DNA from: Setoptus koraiensis
Taxonomy: Eukaryota; Animalia; Arthropoda
Direction: 5' to 3'
Assembly: GCA_048013815.1 (NCBI GenBank)
Contig: CM106585.1
Location: 11,346,001-11,410,000 of the forward strand
Length of the DNA stretch: 64,000 bases
Part shown: positions 35,161 through 47,742 of the stretch, piece after piece
Layout: each line of letters starts with the position of its first letter
How positions within the stretch are numbered: the first letter of the stretch is position 1
Program-made: the position numbers and the translations under genes
The notes under the pieces: generated by a model
Database searches by the model: none
What the model saw: the letters and a program-made list of their open reading frames with translations, nothing else
Told to the model about the DNA's origin: nothing

Positions 35161-37421
35161 TTATTCTTGACATACAGGCAATCTAGTGAATTCAAAATCG
35201 TTCTGCTGCAAATTCACTATTTGATACCAGCAATAAATATAGATCAGTATGCACCAAAAGAATGGGAATGATGTCAAGAAAGTTAGTGTCCCATAGGCAC
35301 TGTAGAATATCGTGCTGACTAGAATTTGTATCACTGTCAAGATGAGATAAGCAATGAATTTAGCATCAATAAATCGAATATTTTTCCTCCGGTCTGTTGA
35401 TGCCAAAAATTTACGATATTCGTTAACTTTTGAAGATAGCATCACAGTTATAAATATGTGAATGATCATGGCAATTGACCCGACAGTGTAGGTTATTCCA
35501 GTATGAATGAATGATCCATCAATCCAGATGCCCCAAACAAAACAAATGCCTATCATATCATCTATGAATTTTCCAATGAATAGCGGTCCTGTAATAGAAT
35601 AAAATGAAACAAAACAAACATATACTTAGAGAAAACAAAATTCATGGTGTGATGAATTGATCGATAAAGAACCTATGTTACGATAGCTCACCTATGGCCA
35701 TCCACAGAGGAATAATGATAAGAGGTACACAAAGTCTGTCGATATTTGCTGTCAAATATATCTTATATATCAGGGTACCACGATATATTTGTTTCATGCA
35801 ACAATCTCCACCACTATGTCTGACAATCCTCATTAGTACTAGAGGCAATGTGGCAATGGTAACAAGAAAGAGAAACATACTCATGACCTACACAAAGCGA
35901 TGATTATATGAATTAAGAGAATAGATTAGAGATTATTCGATTTCATCCGTATAGTGTTGATTTAATGATATATTATACTTACGTAAGCCTTGAAATAGAG
36001 TCGGATAAGAATCCTCGCCCCAAGATCATGCTCGCTTTTGGAACCATCCAATGAAAATTCTTGTTGAAAAATTCTTTGCTGTCTCCTTACATCAGAAACC
36101 AAAATTTTTGCTACATGGAGTCCTTCCTTGTAGAGATCTGGGGTCCATTCTAGAACATAGAGTGGGCCTTCTTTATGCTTTGCCTCGAACCAGGGCCCAT
36201 TGTCCATCTTAATGCGCACACTTTTTATCTCGGCATCTGAAAAAGCTATGACGCGAATGTGAGTTGATTTCGATATCCTATCCAAGGGCTCATACTTAGG
36301 CATCGCGTATTCGGGTCCCTTCGGGTTCGTCATGAGAGCTATAGGCCACTCATTGAAGTTGAAATCAAGAAAAGAAAAGAGTTGGTTGTCAACAGCGGCC
36401 AATCTCAATCTTCGATTATACTTCCAATCACCCAACTCTAATTCAGCAAAACCAGGTTGCTGTGTAGCGTGCATCTTCTTGATTAGATTCGCGGTTGTGT
36501 GATAGTGACCGCAGAGGTAAGGTCCATTGATCAAGCTACGCAATCCAACGCCTGGTGATGCTATAGATGAAGTAGGATAATGCCCAAACCAAATGGTGTA
36601 ATCACTCTTGTTTTGAGTGCTTTCATCAACAAATGACTGCAATTCATCCAAGTCGGTTTGATTAACAATACCAATAAAATTGAATGGTATCTTGAGCCCA
36701 GGAGTTTGAACACCATCAACTCCAATAAAGGTATAGATGTGACCATTTTTCTCTAGTTTTTGCATATAATTACGTGGGTGTTTCTTGCCCTGCATCGAGT
36801 ATTGTCTGTACATAGTAGAGGGATCTTGTGGTCTGTAGACATTGAAATTGTCATGATTACCACGAATATCTAGCCAAATTGTTTCATTCAAATTGGATTG
36901 CTTGAGAATATCTGAATAGGCTTTCCATTCCTCCAGTTGAGGGCCTGTGTTAAACAGAGTTCCTGGCTTACGACCATCAGTGAGGTCTCCAGTGGCTAAC
37001 ACAACAGATGGTTTAATGATGGATATGTAATCGGTAGTGAACTTCAAGAAATCTGTCTTCCTGTTCTCGTGGCCGATACAACTCAGATGAAGATCTGTGA
37101 TCTAATAGAACAATAGAAATATGTGTGTGCGTTCAATAGTATGTTGAAATGTCTTGGTTATTGATTGGTTCATCGAAAGCAAAATATTAAAGATAGCTCA
37201 CCACTCGTACTTACTTGTAAGAACCACATTAATCTTTCAGGAGAATCATCTATTGTCACATTGTTCTGGTAGCTGAGGGGAGGGTGGCTATATTGAAAGT
37301 TGTCAATAGTGACAGCATGGAATATGAGAGCCACCAAAACGGAGATAAAGGTAACAATTACTAAAAGGATAGGTCCGACTTTAATGAGCATCCTGAATAT
37401 CCTGTTCTGAGGCCAGTCCAT
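35161..37421 (-). CDS. TMEM62: TMEM62 (metallophosphoesterase domain plus multipass membrane region), 649 aa; exons 37421-37215, 37101-35983, 35887-35692, 35588-35161
   Basis: Metallophosphoesterase motifs DLH, TGDLTD, DIRGNHD, FGHYP and CGHYH, then ELELGDWK and several TM helices. Three GT-AG introns (113, 95, 103 nt) keep the frame. Confidence 0.9.
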
Positions 37422-37442
37422 GCACCAGCTTATTATGTTGTT

Positions 37443-37450
37443 TATCGATA
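37443..37450. promoter_or_regulatory. DRE-like element (TATCGATA) in the divergent TMEM62/GLYCTK spacer
   Basis: Exact DREF-type palindrome between two divergent housekeeping genes. An 8-mer can occur by chance. Confidence 0.3.
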
Positions 37451-38004
37451 AGATTTCTAGTCTCGCAGTTCGAGTGCTAAGAGTATATTGAGCGTTGTGG
37501 ATTGATATTAATCTGACATTTGTTCAGTTTTTCAATAACAATATAACCGTCTAATCACTTGATGTCCATAATTACAGATTACATAGTCCGTGTCCAAGGT
37601 GATTCGTCCCATTTTGAGCTGACAGTCGAATAGCTTGTTGTAATGCAATCTTTAGTGATTTTTCGCTGATTTTTTGCTTTTTGTTGTTTTTCTATTCCGA
37701 GAGAAGCACACAGCCTCGGGCAAAAGTCTGGAGACGTGAGAAGTATGATCTTTACACGCTGCGCGGCGCGTCAGTACCTTTGGAACTTGAGCTGGTTCCA
37801 TTTATTTTACTTTACACCGTCACCGACTGTAAAAGTAAATATTTATCTAGCATCACAACGCATCTATCCATCTATTCGGACCCCAGAGGAATGTGACCAA
37901 TGTATGACAATACAAAAATTATTTAAGGAATCCCCCATCTTGCATTATTTCGAGATGTTAACGATGATTTGATTTGGTATTTTTGCCGTATCGAATCATC
38001 AGCC

Positions 38005-39591
38005 ATGGCATCCCCATCATCGCTTAGGCAAGATGCGCTCCGAATATTTCGGAGCGCTCTCAATGCCGTCAAAAGTGACGCCTTGCTACGAAATTCAGTC
38101 CAGTTCAAAGATGGAAAACTTATTGTTAATCCGTTCAGTATCCAAAATAAAAAATCGGATACACCCGAAAAGGAATTCAGTATTGATCTCAATCAAACAA
38201 CTTTACATATTATCGGCGGCGGAAAATCCGTCTTGCCAATGGCTGGCTCTCTTCTGGAGCAAATAGAGCTCAGTTCAGGACTCAATCCGAACTATGTCAA
38301 TGGCTGCCTGAGTCTACCCTTTGGGTCTAAAAAAATTGATAATTTCAGAGGACACAACCAAGCAACAAATGGTTCTGGCAAAGATCTCTTTAAATACTTC
38401 AATGTTGAGTGCCACTATGGTGCCATGAACAACTTGCCAGACAAGAGCTCCGAGCATGCCACAAAAAGAATTATGCAATTGATAGATGAGACCTGCAATA
38501 AGTCACCAGAAGAAAACCATCTTAGGAAACCTTTGTTCATTGTACTATTATCTGGTGGGGGTTCAGCTTGTCTGACGATGCCCAAGGGAATTAGTTTAGA
38601 GGAGAAGTTGAGAGTTATCGTGTCACTGGTATCAAATGGTGTGGACATCAAGAAATTGAACTCAGTCAGACAGTGTTTGTCAGAAATCAAGGGAGGAAAG
38701 TTAGCCTCTAGTATTGTTGGAAGAAACAAAGATGCGCAAATTGTAACTCTCATCATAAGTGATGTGATAGGAGATCCCATAGAGTTCATTGCCAGCGGTC
38801 CTACTTACATCAACCCCGATCTTACTGAGCCAGAACTCATACCCCATGGCACATCTCTGTCCAGTAGGAACGCATTGGATCTTCTAACTAATCTCAACAT
38901 TGACATGAGTCCTCAGTTGATTAAAATGTTGAAATCTTCTGATGACGGACTAGATCCTCGATTGAATGATAGAGTGCATAACTTCATTATTGGTAACAAT
39001 AGGCTAGCTTTGGAAGCGGCAATCAAGGATGCAAAATATCTAGGGTACGAAATCGAGTACCTTGGAAACGAAATGCATGGTGATGTCGATTTGATTTTGG
39101 ACAAATTATTGAATCAAGTAGATAATGTCGCACAACGACGTGATAAGAACTCCGATAAAGTTTGCGTAATCGGTGGTGGAGAGGCAACTGTCAATCTAAA
39201 GACGAAGACAGTCGGTCAAGGAGGCCGAGCTCAAGAAATGGCGCTGAGGTATTTAAGCAGGAAATTTGAGCAAGATACCAAAGCATTAGTTTCGAGTAGT
39301 AACATATACGACGATATATTTCTGGCAGCTGGCACGGATGGGCAAGACGGTCCCACGAAGTTTGCTGGTTGTTTATCGTCCTGGTCGCTGTGGGGCGATT
39401 TAAATTGTACGAAAGTTAAAAGTGAGATACAGTATTATGTTGATACACATGATTCGACCAATTTCTGGCTTAAAAACAAGAAAGAATGGCTCATCGAAAC
39501 AGGTCTAACAGGAACTAATGTGATGGATATTTATATGATTCTGTTAAATAAAAGAACGGATCTCTACGTCAAGCAGAAAAGTCACTTGTGA
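38005..39591 (+). CDS. GLYCTK: Glycerate kinase (GLYCTK, MOFRL family), intronless
   Basis: GGGKS, LLSGGGSACL, NSVRQCLSEIKGGKLA, ISDVIGDPIEFIASGPT, GGEATV, GQGGRAQEMAL, AGTDGQDGPT, TGLTGTNVMD. First ATG at 38005. Confidence 0.95.
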   Translation: MASPSSLRQDALRIFRSALNAVKSDALLRNSVQFKDGKLIVNPFSIQNKKSDTPEKEFSIDLNQTTLHIIGGGKSVLPMAGSLLEQIELSSGLNPNYVNGCLSLPFGSKKIDNFRGHNQATNGSGKDLFKYFNVECHYGAMNNLPDKSSEHATKRIMQLIDETCNKSPEENHLRKPLFIVLLSGGGSACLTMPKGISLEEKLRVIVSLVSNGVDIKKLNSVRQCLSEIKGGKLASSIVGRNKDAQIVTLIISDVIGDPIEFIASGPTYINPDLTEPELIPHGTSLSSRNALDLLTNLNIDMSPQLIKMLKSSDDGLDPRLNDRVHNFIIGNNRLALEAAIKDAKYLGYEIEYLGNEMHGDVDLILDKLLNQVDNVAQRRDKNSDKVCVIGGGEATVNLKTKTVGQGGRAQEMALRYLSRKFEQDTKALVSSSNIYDDIFLAAGTDGQDGPTKFAGCLSSWSLWGDLNCTKVKSEIQYYVDTHDSTNFWLKNKKEWLIETGLTGTNVMDIYMILLNKRTDLYVKQKSHL

Positions 39592-39763
39592 TACACCACA
39601 TACTGTTGTGTATACCATAAACATTTAGATCGTTGTTTTATGAATAAATTTGTTACAAAATATGTTCGTTATATTTAGTTAATGTTTGAATGTGTGTGAG
39701 TAATCTATTCTATCCATTGATGGCAGTTGATCTTAACAGTCATTATTTGTAATTATGTCGAAA

Positions 39764-42700
39764 TCAAGCTTGGCATTCTCTATAGAATTGAGCTTTCAAA
39801 TCTATGTCCTTATTGTATTGATCCATCTGACGATGGAGATCATCAATCAAATCCTGGTAGTCTTTAATCCTTCTCTCGTACTCATCAAAAGTGTCATCTA
39901 CCTCTCTCAATAGGTCCAACTTGATTAGGATATCACCCGCTAGTTGATGTGCATCATTCTTAAGTTTCTCGGCCCGGTCTTTCATTTCGCCACTATGCTT
40001 GGCTTTATTGCGCAATTTTTCTTCCGCTAATTTGGCCTTCAACGCTAGCTCATCAGTATATTTGCCCGCCTGATCGGCCAACTTGGTTGCATCTTGAACA
40101 GCCCCTTGAGCTTGAGATACATATAACTCGTTTTGAGCATATATCTGTCTCAATTTGTCCAATCTGTCGCGCAATTTTTTAACCGCCTCATCCAACTGAT
40201 GCACTATTGACACTAGATACTCCGCTTGCTGGCTGATTTCAGTCAGATCGGCATGGGCCCCATCTAACTCCATTTGGGCAGCTGCAATAGCCTGAGCTGC
40301 CCTCGTTTGTTCTATTGCGGCCAATTTAAGCATATTTAACACTTGTTCGACGATGTCCAAAATGTTGTCCGCTAATTCTTTAGCTCTGTCCGCTTGTTGG
40401 TGCAACTGTTGGGCTGTATTTAGATCGCCAGCGGTTTCTTTCAAAATCTTGTCTATGTTTGTGAGGCTAGATATTGTCTCATTTATCTTCCTGGCCAAAT
40501 CTAAAATTTGTTCTGGTTTCAGAGATGTTTGCAATTGAAGACACTCGGTACCATAGACTCTCACCTCGGCCGGTCTAGAGCCATGCAACACAATAAATTT
40601 TTCTATGTCATCCATGATACCGCCCATATCTTTGCCAACCTTGTCGAATTTAGACTTAGATATCTCACAATCGCTTAAAACTAACTTCGATTGGCGTAGA
40701 GCGATCTCGCTAAGATTTCTTGCATCGCCCAGGCGATCAAAGAGTGATTTCGTGATATTATACTTTTGATCGATTAGTGTCATAGCTTGTTGAGCCAAAT
40801 CCAGAGCATTACTTGCTCGAGTTGTGGCTCCCTCGGAGCAACTCAATCCACCTGTGCCAGACGATAAAATAAATTGTTGTTAATATACTCGAAATGTACT
40901 TACACAACGGACACTCATGTCAATCAGAGATTGTAATGACACTTACCGCATTTATTACAGCCGGCGCCACCGCATAACTGATCGCACGTATTAATCGATG
41001 CATTCGAGGCACAAACTTGCTGATTGATACCTGGTATGTTAGCCTCAAGTTCGGATATGCGCTTGGCAAATTGGGCCAGTAGAGCTTCGTTTTGTAAGCT
41101 AGAGCTGTTGTACTTGGCCGCCGCCGTTGCCAGCATATTCTCTGTGGCTCGTCGCTTTTGTTCTGATTCCAGCAGTATTGGTTTCGACTCTCTGGCTCTC
41201 TTTTCCGCTTCACGACTCTTATTTTGTGAATCTAAAATAATGGCGTAGGCCCCATCAACATTGGCCTCCTGCAGTTGTGTGGCACTCTCCCTCAACTTAT
41301 CAGTTTCAAGGGCCAACAGTTCTGCCATCCTCTCCATTTCACGAAGTGACGCCATTACCGCATTTGTCCTGTTAGTTGTAGATTCGGCATCTCTCTCGTA
41401 TTCCACCAATAGTTTCTCGATTGCCTTTAATTTGGCCGACAACTCAGCTATCTGTCTGGCCAGTTCGCTAATGACATTTGGATCAAGCTTTTGATTGTCC
41501 AATATCTCTTGAATACGATTCAATTTTGCCTCAATGTCAGCAAACTCCTTGGCGTATGCCCCCGGAGTACCTATCTCCATCAATAGTTTTACCTTGTCCA
41601 AAAGAGCTTGAGTTTCATTACGCATTGCTTGAATAATTTTGTCCCACTGTTCGAAGCATTCGCCACACGATTCACAATTTGGCCACCTACCAATATATCC
41701 GCGAGCACATTTGTCACATTTGGCCCCACCAATACCAGTCAAACAACGACAAGCGCCTGTTTTATTGTCACACACTAAACTCAGAGAGCCCTCGCGATTA
41801 CATTGACAAGTTTGACAGCGCTGTTTTGGGTCGCCATAGGTACCGTCGGCGCATTGATCACATCGGCGGCCACCGAAGCCGGGTTTGCATTGGCAAGCAC
41901 CATCAAAGTCGTTACAATCCTGAGACAATGAACCTTGCAGATCACAATTACAAGCTTCACAGCCCTTACCACTAGAGAATTTATAATAATGCGCTTGACA
42001 TTTTCCACAATCCAATCCAGTTACATTTGATAGGCACGGGCACTGACCAGTTAGGTGATTACAAACGCCACCATTGGCATCTGTACCCAACTTGTTGCAT
42101 AAACATTGTCTGCACTGCTGCTTTGTTGCGTCGCCAGCAAATCCCGATTTGCATCTTTCACAACTGTCACCTTCGGTATTGTAAAGACATTTTAAACATT
42201 TACCTGTATCTGGATCACAATTTCCTAAATCCGTAACATCAACATTGTTATTGCAGGTACATTTCTTGCATCCACTAATTGGACTTCCGTATGAGTTGGC
42301 GGGACACGTTGTTGGTTGCAAATCAACGTTTGCTTGATCTGGTGATGCTGTCGGAGATGTGAAACTATTTAGCAATGAAGTGGAAATATATTCTTCCTTC
42401 GCAGGGGGGCTGCTACTACCACTTTTGGGGTTCTTAGGAACAATTGGCTTGCTGTCAACCACGTTTTCCTCAGTGATTGTTGTTATTCGTCTAATAATTT
42501 CTTCAGAGTATTGATTGTTATTGTTATTGACGACTCCTGTTGGCAATTGGTTAGCTTGCTGAGATTTTGGCTCTACGGAGCCACCTAAAGCGGTATTAGT
42601 TGACCAAGAGTACCTCGTTTCAATAGGTAATTGGTCATCCTGCTGTGTAGTAACGGTCTTTTTATATGTTGTAGTAGAATAAGATTTATCCGGCTGACCG

Positions 42701-42876
42701 CCTGTTTGTCGTTTTTGATTATTAGAGCTTCTATAATGAGCATCGTGATTAGATTCCGTATAATCGATATGATTTGATTTGAATTGGTGATAGCTAGACT
42801 CCGAGATATTTATGGTGTAGCCTATTGATAGATAAATTACCAGAAGATGGTATGTGCAAAATTTTATGTCCATCAT
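39764..42876 (-). CDS. Short laminin beta-chain protein (1005 aa): signal peptide, novel low-complexity N-terminus, about 4.5 LE repeats and a full coiled-coil; exons 42876-40947 and 40851-39764
   Basis: LE repeats (CTCNNNVD..GNCDPDTGKCLKCLYNTEG..C) lead into CGECFEQWD. The beta-specific alpha/knob segment CGGAGCNKCG|GLSCSEGA is joined across a 95 nt GT-AG intron. C-terminus ends in YRECQA. No LN or L4/IV domain is present. Confidence 0.88.
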
Positions 42877-44250
42877 TGTTCGTAATGTTTTCCCTCGCAG
42901 GGATTCTCAGAGTTTAAATCTTCAACGACAATATAAATGCCTCCGAATAACTAGCGATTATTCGCAATAGCATCTTATGGAGCGTCTATGATTACGCTTT
43001 CAATTACATGGAATAACTTTATCCATATGTCCAAATATAGCTTTCGCTCAGTTGCTTGTTAGCTCAATCACTTATACAACAGATGGTTATTCTATGGCTT
43101 GGATTGTAATACCAAGATTCAAGTGAAGAGGGAGGAAGAAACTAGTTTGTATATAAGAATGCTCGCGCTAAAAAGTCGTGGGCGTCATGGGCTGAGCTCT
43201 TTAAAGTTCGCAGTGCTTATAGTTATAAATGCTAACCGAAGATTTAGATTTGCTATGTTCGATAAAGGGCTCTTTTCTTTTATATCTAGTTTAATTTCAA
43301 TCGCCCATAGCTCTCGTAACCCATCACGAGATATATGGCCCTAAAATTTAACACCCTATAAGCTTGGTGGAATCTAATCTTATTATCGAGATGTAGGGTA
43401 AGTTGTATGTTGATGTCCATGGTCCGGCTATTCAACCAATATTTGTTTAGCCCGTTGTGTGGGACTGTAAATTATCTAAAAAAGTTCTTAACAACAGCCT
43501 GATTGATTCTCATGACAAGACACTTCTAACTCTAGGAAGAAAACGCTCTTTGAGAGCAATCGACACACATGATTTGAATGAAGTTAAATCCAACTACTGT
43601 TATCGCCCCGGATACTGTTAAGCTATACTGAGGCCCATGATCGGAGGCAGATCATAAGTGTCTAGGATAGGTCACAAGATCTTACGAAAGAACCGAATGC
43701 AATAATCTATAATTTTCACCAAGGATTCTTCTGACAAGATTTTCTAACAGCAGGTGGAAGTTAACTACAAAAGATAGTTTCGGTACTCCACTTAATTGAA
43801 ACAAGACGCGCCTCTCTCAACAACTTGTTCATTCTGGACAAAAGTGATTGACACGGTTAAGAATTTCGCTTCAATTTCAGAATTGCACGTAGCTCCCAAG
43901 TTGATTGGCATTGTAATTTAAAATATCTAGGACAAATTAAAATTAAGTCAAAGAAAGTGTCACGTAAAGGAATGATTGAGTAGTATTTGGAGCCCAAATC
44001 ATATTGAAATGTAATGAACAAGAATTTCTTTGAAACAATTTCATATTCTTTATTTATGTAGGGGCAATAAAATAGGATGATCATTTGTCACATTTAGGCT
44101 AGTTATTGTCCAACAGAGAGGACACTCTCACGTATGACAAAAGTTGATGTTATCAATCTATATATAATCTACTTTCGAGTTGGTAGTAAAACGACGATGA
44201 GTCAACAGTGTAATAAAAATATTTCATTATGTTGAGATTGTGTGAATAAG

Positions 44251-45753
44251 CTAGTTGACCTCACGAATACCATTAGTATTGGTGATTAACAAATCGTTAA
44301 TACAATCTATTGTCTTCTTCAAATCTAGATCCGATGGTGAACTATCCCTAGAGGTAATAGGACTCTCTTTGACTTCAATGCGATCATCCTTTTCATTGAA
44401 TATAGTTAGCTTGCTATCCACACTGGATTCGAGCGGAGAAATCACACTTTGTCTGGCATCATGAAGATGAGGTTCGCTATTGTTTAGGTGAGTCATTGTA
44501 GCTTGTCTTTCATTTTGATCAAGCGCCTCTGAGCTAGTATACAAAACTTCATTATTCTGATCATCATCAATCTGTGTCACAATATCATGATTCATCATGT
44601 CATCTGATATGATATTCAAAAAACCATCGCATGCTGAACCAAGGCCAGAATCGCACTCCGACGAAGACGGATCCAATAAATGATTGTATCGCCTTTCAGC
44701 ATGTATCTCTTCACTAAGTGACTCTAGATCATTGAGGGTAGCCGCATATTTTCTCTTAGTTGAGACTATCTCCCGTGTTATGAGATCTATCTCAGCTTTG
44801 ATAGAATTTAGTCTCGCATTGAACCTGTTTGCTTCATCGAAATAAGGTTTTGATCTTCTAATGGAGTTGCTGAATTCTCTCTCAAGCTTACTGACGTGAT
44901 TTTGCGCGAGCAACATCTTCTTTGTTTTATCTTGATGCCTCAATTGACTTTCAGCTTTTAGTTTTTCAGCTTCAAGTAACCTTTGGATGGCCTGATTCAT
45001 TTCCTCACTACTTACATTGAGATTTTCTGAATGTAAAGCATGCATTGAGCATTTAGTTGCAGGGCTTTTAGACGGCAAATCGTTTGTTGTATTATCTGTA
45101 ATAAGATTTGACTCGGGGGCGTTTTGATCATTCACGACGATATCATTGTTATTGTCGGATTGATTTATAGTTGATTTGTCTGCAGCATTACACTTTGCTA
45201 TGGATTCTTTGAAACTTGAATTGGCATCATTAGTATTGTTTTCTTCATTTTTTGGAGTATTTTCATTAGTCAGTGCTGATGCTGCGCATTTGAATTTCTT
45301 TTCAGCTAATCTTATAGCTTCCTTGGCATCTGAGTGAAAGTTGTTGGCTTGTTCAAACTGAACACATGCCTCTTGACATTCAATTTGAGTTTGTTCAGCG
45401 GACAATTTGGCTGCAAGATATTGACGGCCTCTCTTAATTGATTGAATTCCTAGGGTCTGAGAGATAATTTTGAGTCGATCGGTGGATTGTTTCAGAGCAT
45501 TTCTGAATGTATTGTTGGATTCATCAAATTGTTTCTCCAACAAATTGATCCTAGCGGCCAGTTTATTGAGCAACTCGAGTCCGTCGCTGATTTTTACATC
45601 TACTTGTCCGCCGGCATCGGTGTCTGACTGACCGAGACCGGCTAATCTGGAGGTCGAAGCAGTTTCATTTGACTGAACAGATTGAGGCCTGCTCAACTGA
45701 TCATGATCATTGTCGCTAATAGTTACTTGTTCCTGACTTTTTTGATTGATCAT
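44251..45753 (-). CDS. SH3BP5: SH3 domain-binding protein 5 homolog (SH3BP5/parcas, Rab11 GEF), intronless
   Basis: LELLNKLAARINLLE, FEQANNFH..AKEAIRLAE, IRRSKPYFD and YAATLNDLESLSEEIHAERR match the SH3BP5 coiled-coil blocks. Confidence 0.9.
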   Translation of the reverse strand: MINQKSQEQVTISDNDHDQLSRPQSVQSNETASTSRLAGLGQSDTDAGGQVDVKISDGLELLNKLAARINLLEKQFDESNNTFRNALKQSTDRLKIISQTLGIQSIKRGRQYLAAKLSAEQTQIECQEACVQFEQANNFHSDAKEAIRLAEKKFKCAASALTNENTPKNEENNTNDANSSFKESIAKCNAADKSTINQSDNNNDIVVNDQNAPESNLITDNTTNDLPSKSPATKCSMHALHSENLNVSSEEMNQAIQRLLEAEKLKAESQLRHQDKTKKMLLAQNHVSKLEREFSNSIRRSKPYFDEANRFNARLNSIKAEIDLITREIVSTKRKYAATLNDLESLSEEIHAERRYNHLLDPSSSECDSGLGSACDGFLNIISDDMMNHDIVTQIDDDQNNEVLYTSSEALDQNERQATMTHLNNSEPHLHDARQSVISPLESSVDSKLTIFNEKDDRIEVKESPITSRDSSPSDLDLKKTIDCINDLLITNTNGIREVN

Positions 45754-47742
45754 ATTAATGCATCAGTGAAGATAAATAAATTCATAAAGATTCTTGAGGA
45801 CAAGTGGCTGGGAGTGCTTCATATTGTAAAACTAAGATTATGCTATTCCTGATTGGTTGTAATATATTCTTGCTTCCTAATATAATATGTTGATCCTTGC
45901 AATAGTGCCGCTAACTTGATTCAGTTCCATTCCCTCGTCTTAAAGAGTAAAGAGTATTGTGTAACGAAGCGACTATTTTCATGGTTCAGCTTGTGGTTAT
46001 GCTAGAAGGATGGCTTATGGGTTGTAAATGCGTAATGATGATGATGTGATAGAATAAATAATACAAGCGTAAAAATGCAATTTAAACGTAGATAAGATGA
46101 TAATGAAGTGAAGATAAAAACAAAAAGGGGCAGTGCAATAATAATATCAATCGTAGTGTTAGTGGTATCTTGTTAGTCAGCTCATATTAGTTGACATCGT
46201 TGCCTTCGTGTAGCCAGTATCCAGTTCTGATGATGAAGTCATGCAACTGTTGATGATTGTTAGTAGTGTAGTTTATGTGGCATTCGTGTGTTTGTCTGTA
46301 TATACCAATTCATATAATACATGTAGTAGTTGGTAGTAATGGATTAATAGTTCATGACTTAATAACAAGCTTGTAAGTTGCGGTCGCGCATCGTAGTATA
46401 ATTGTAGCGTGTTGACTGCTAGAAAGGAAGAATTCTCAAACTGGTAAATCTTCTCCGAAAATGGTACCTGGAAGAATTTAAAATAAATCTAATATAATCA
46501 TAACATCTCTCAGTGGAAGTTCTACATCATTCGGGACAGATATGTAGAATAGAGAAAAGGCACCGGTTAGGTGAGAATATTTGTACGATATAATTTCAGA
46601 GTGGTCAGAGGACATGAGAGATAGGACAAGAGAAAAATGTTGATTTTTATTTATTTATACTGTCGCCTACTTTGTTTATTTATGTTTTTCAATGCGCAAT
46701 GCGCACATTTTTGGAAAATTTTTCTTCGCGCCACCTACTTTCGAGTGGAGCAACTAAGACTTTGGTTTTGCAATGACACTACTATGACCTAATCTTGAGT
46801 GTCTGATTGTTGTTGTTGCTATACTAATGGATAACTAGTTGTTATTAGATTTAGATAAATCTTTAGAGATATCAACCAGCCTTAAGTGTATCTTGTATTT
46901 TGCATGCTTAAGAAAGAGTTCCGTAGTTAGGCACTAAGAATACAGTCAAATAGAAGGGAATGAAACAGTGGTTACACAGAACTGTGCGCGACGGCGACGA
47001 GTAAAAATAAATCTTTGCCAAGCATTCACTCTGACTGAAGAATTCCAAAACTGGTAACTTTCCACACAGATGATCCATTCTATTCCTCAAACAAGTCGTT
47101 TGTGGCAAGCGTGTGCAAGTTGTAAGAGTGATGCAATAGATGACATATTGAAAGTTTATTCAGGTTCTATAGGCTATGAATAATAAGCCAGTGTTATCAC
47201 CTGTAGCAAGCATATTGTCGGTGACGTATATGTTGAAATATAAAACAGTACCACTACATCGCGAGTAAAGCTGATATGACTGCTTTGACAGATCATGCAA
47301 TCGACAAACAAACAATTGAATGGCTTTAAGTTTGATGAGTCATGTGTTGCTCACATGACTCCATTGCGAAGTTCTCATTTATAAACTACACCGTACCCTG
47401 TCGCACTACTCATGATCGATGAACTATACATGGCCATTATCAAATCAATTGATTGTTGGCGCCCTCGTGGAAGTTTTGCCAAGATTTTTATCGTATACTT
47501 TTCTTTAGTTAAAACAATCACTCGGAGTATGATTGTGTTGGTCACAATGATAAAAGGTTCATTTTACGTGGCTGGATCGATCGTGATGCCGATGAGAAAC
47601 AAGAACGTCGTCTTGCTCTCTTAAATAATATAGAGTCGGCACTCAAAGTGATCCAGGGATTGTTTGGAGATAGTTCGCGCTCACGGTAGTGATCAAGTTC
47701 ATTATATTGAACTCTTTGTGGAAAAGTGTACCTCCATGGAGA

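Noticed and set aside
43099-44084. Short ORFs between laminin and SH3BP5 as a possible degraded element or missing laminin exons
   Set aside because: No Cys-rich LE/LN motifs and no transposase or RT motifs.
47380-47690. Stop-interrupted plus-strand frame (...RFILRGWIDRDADEKQERRLALL...)
   Set aside because: No start or splice support and no recognisable homology. It overlaps the expected PFAS 3' flank.
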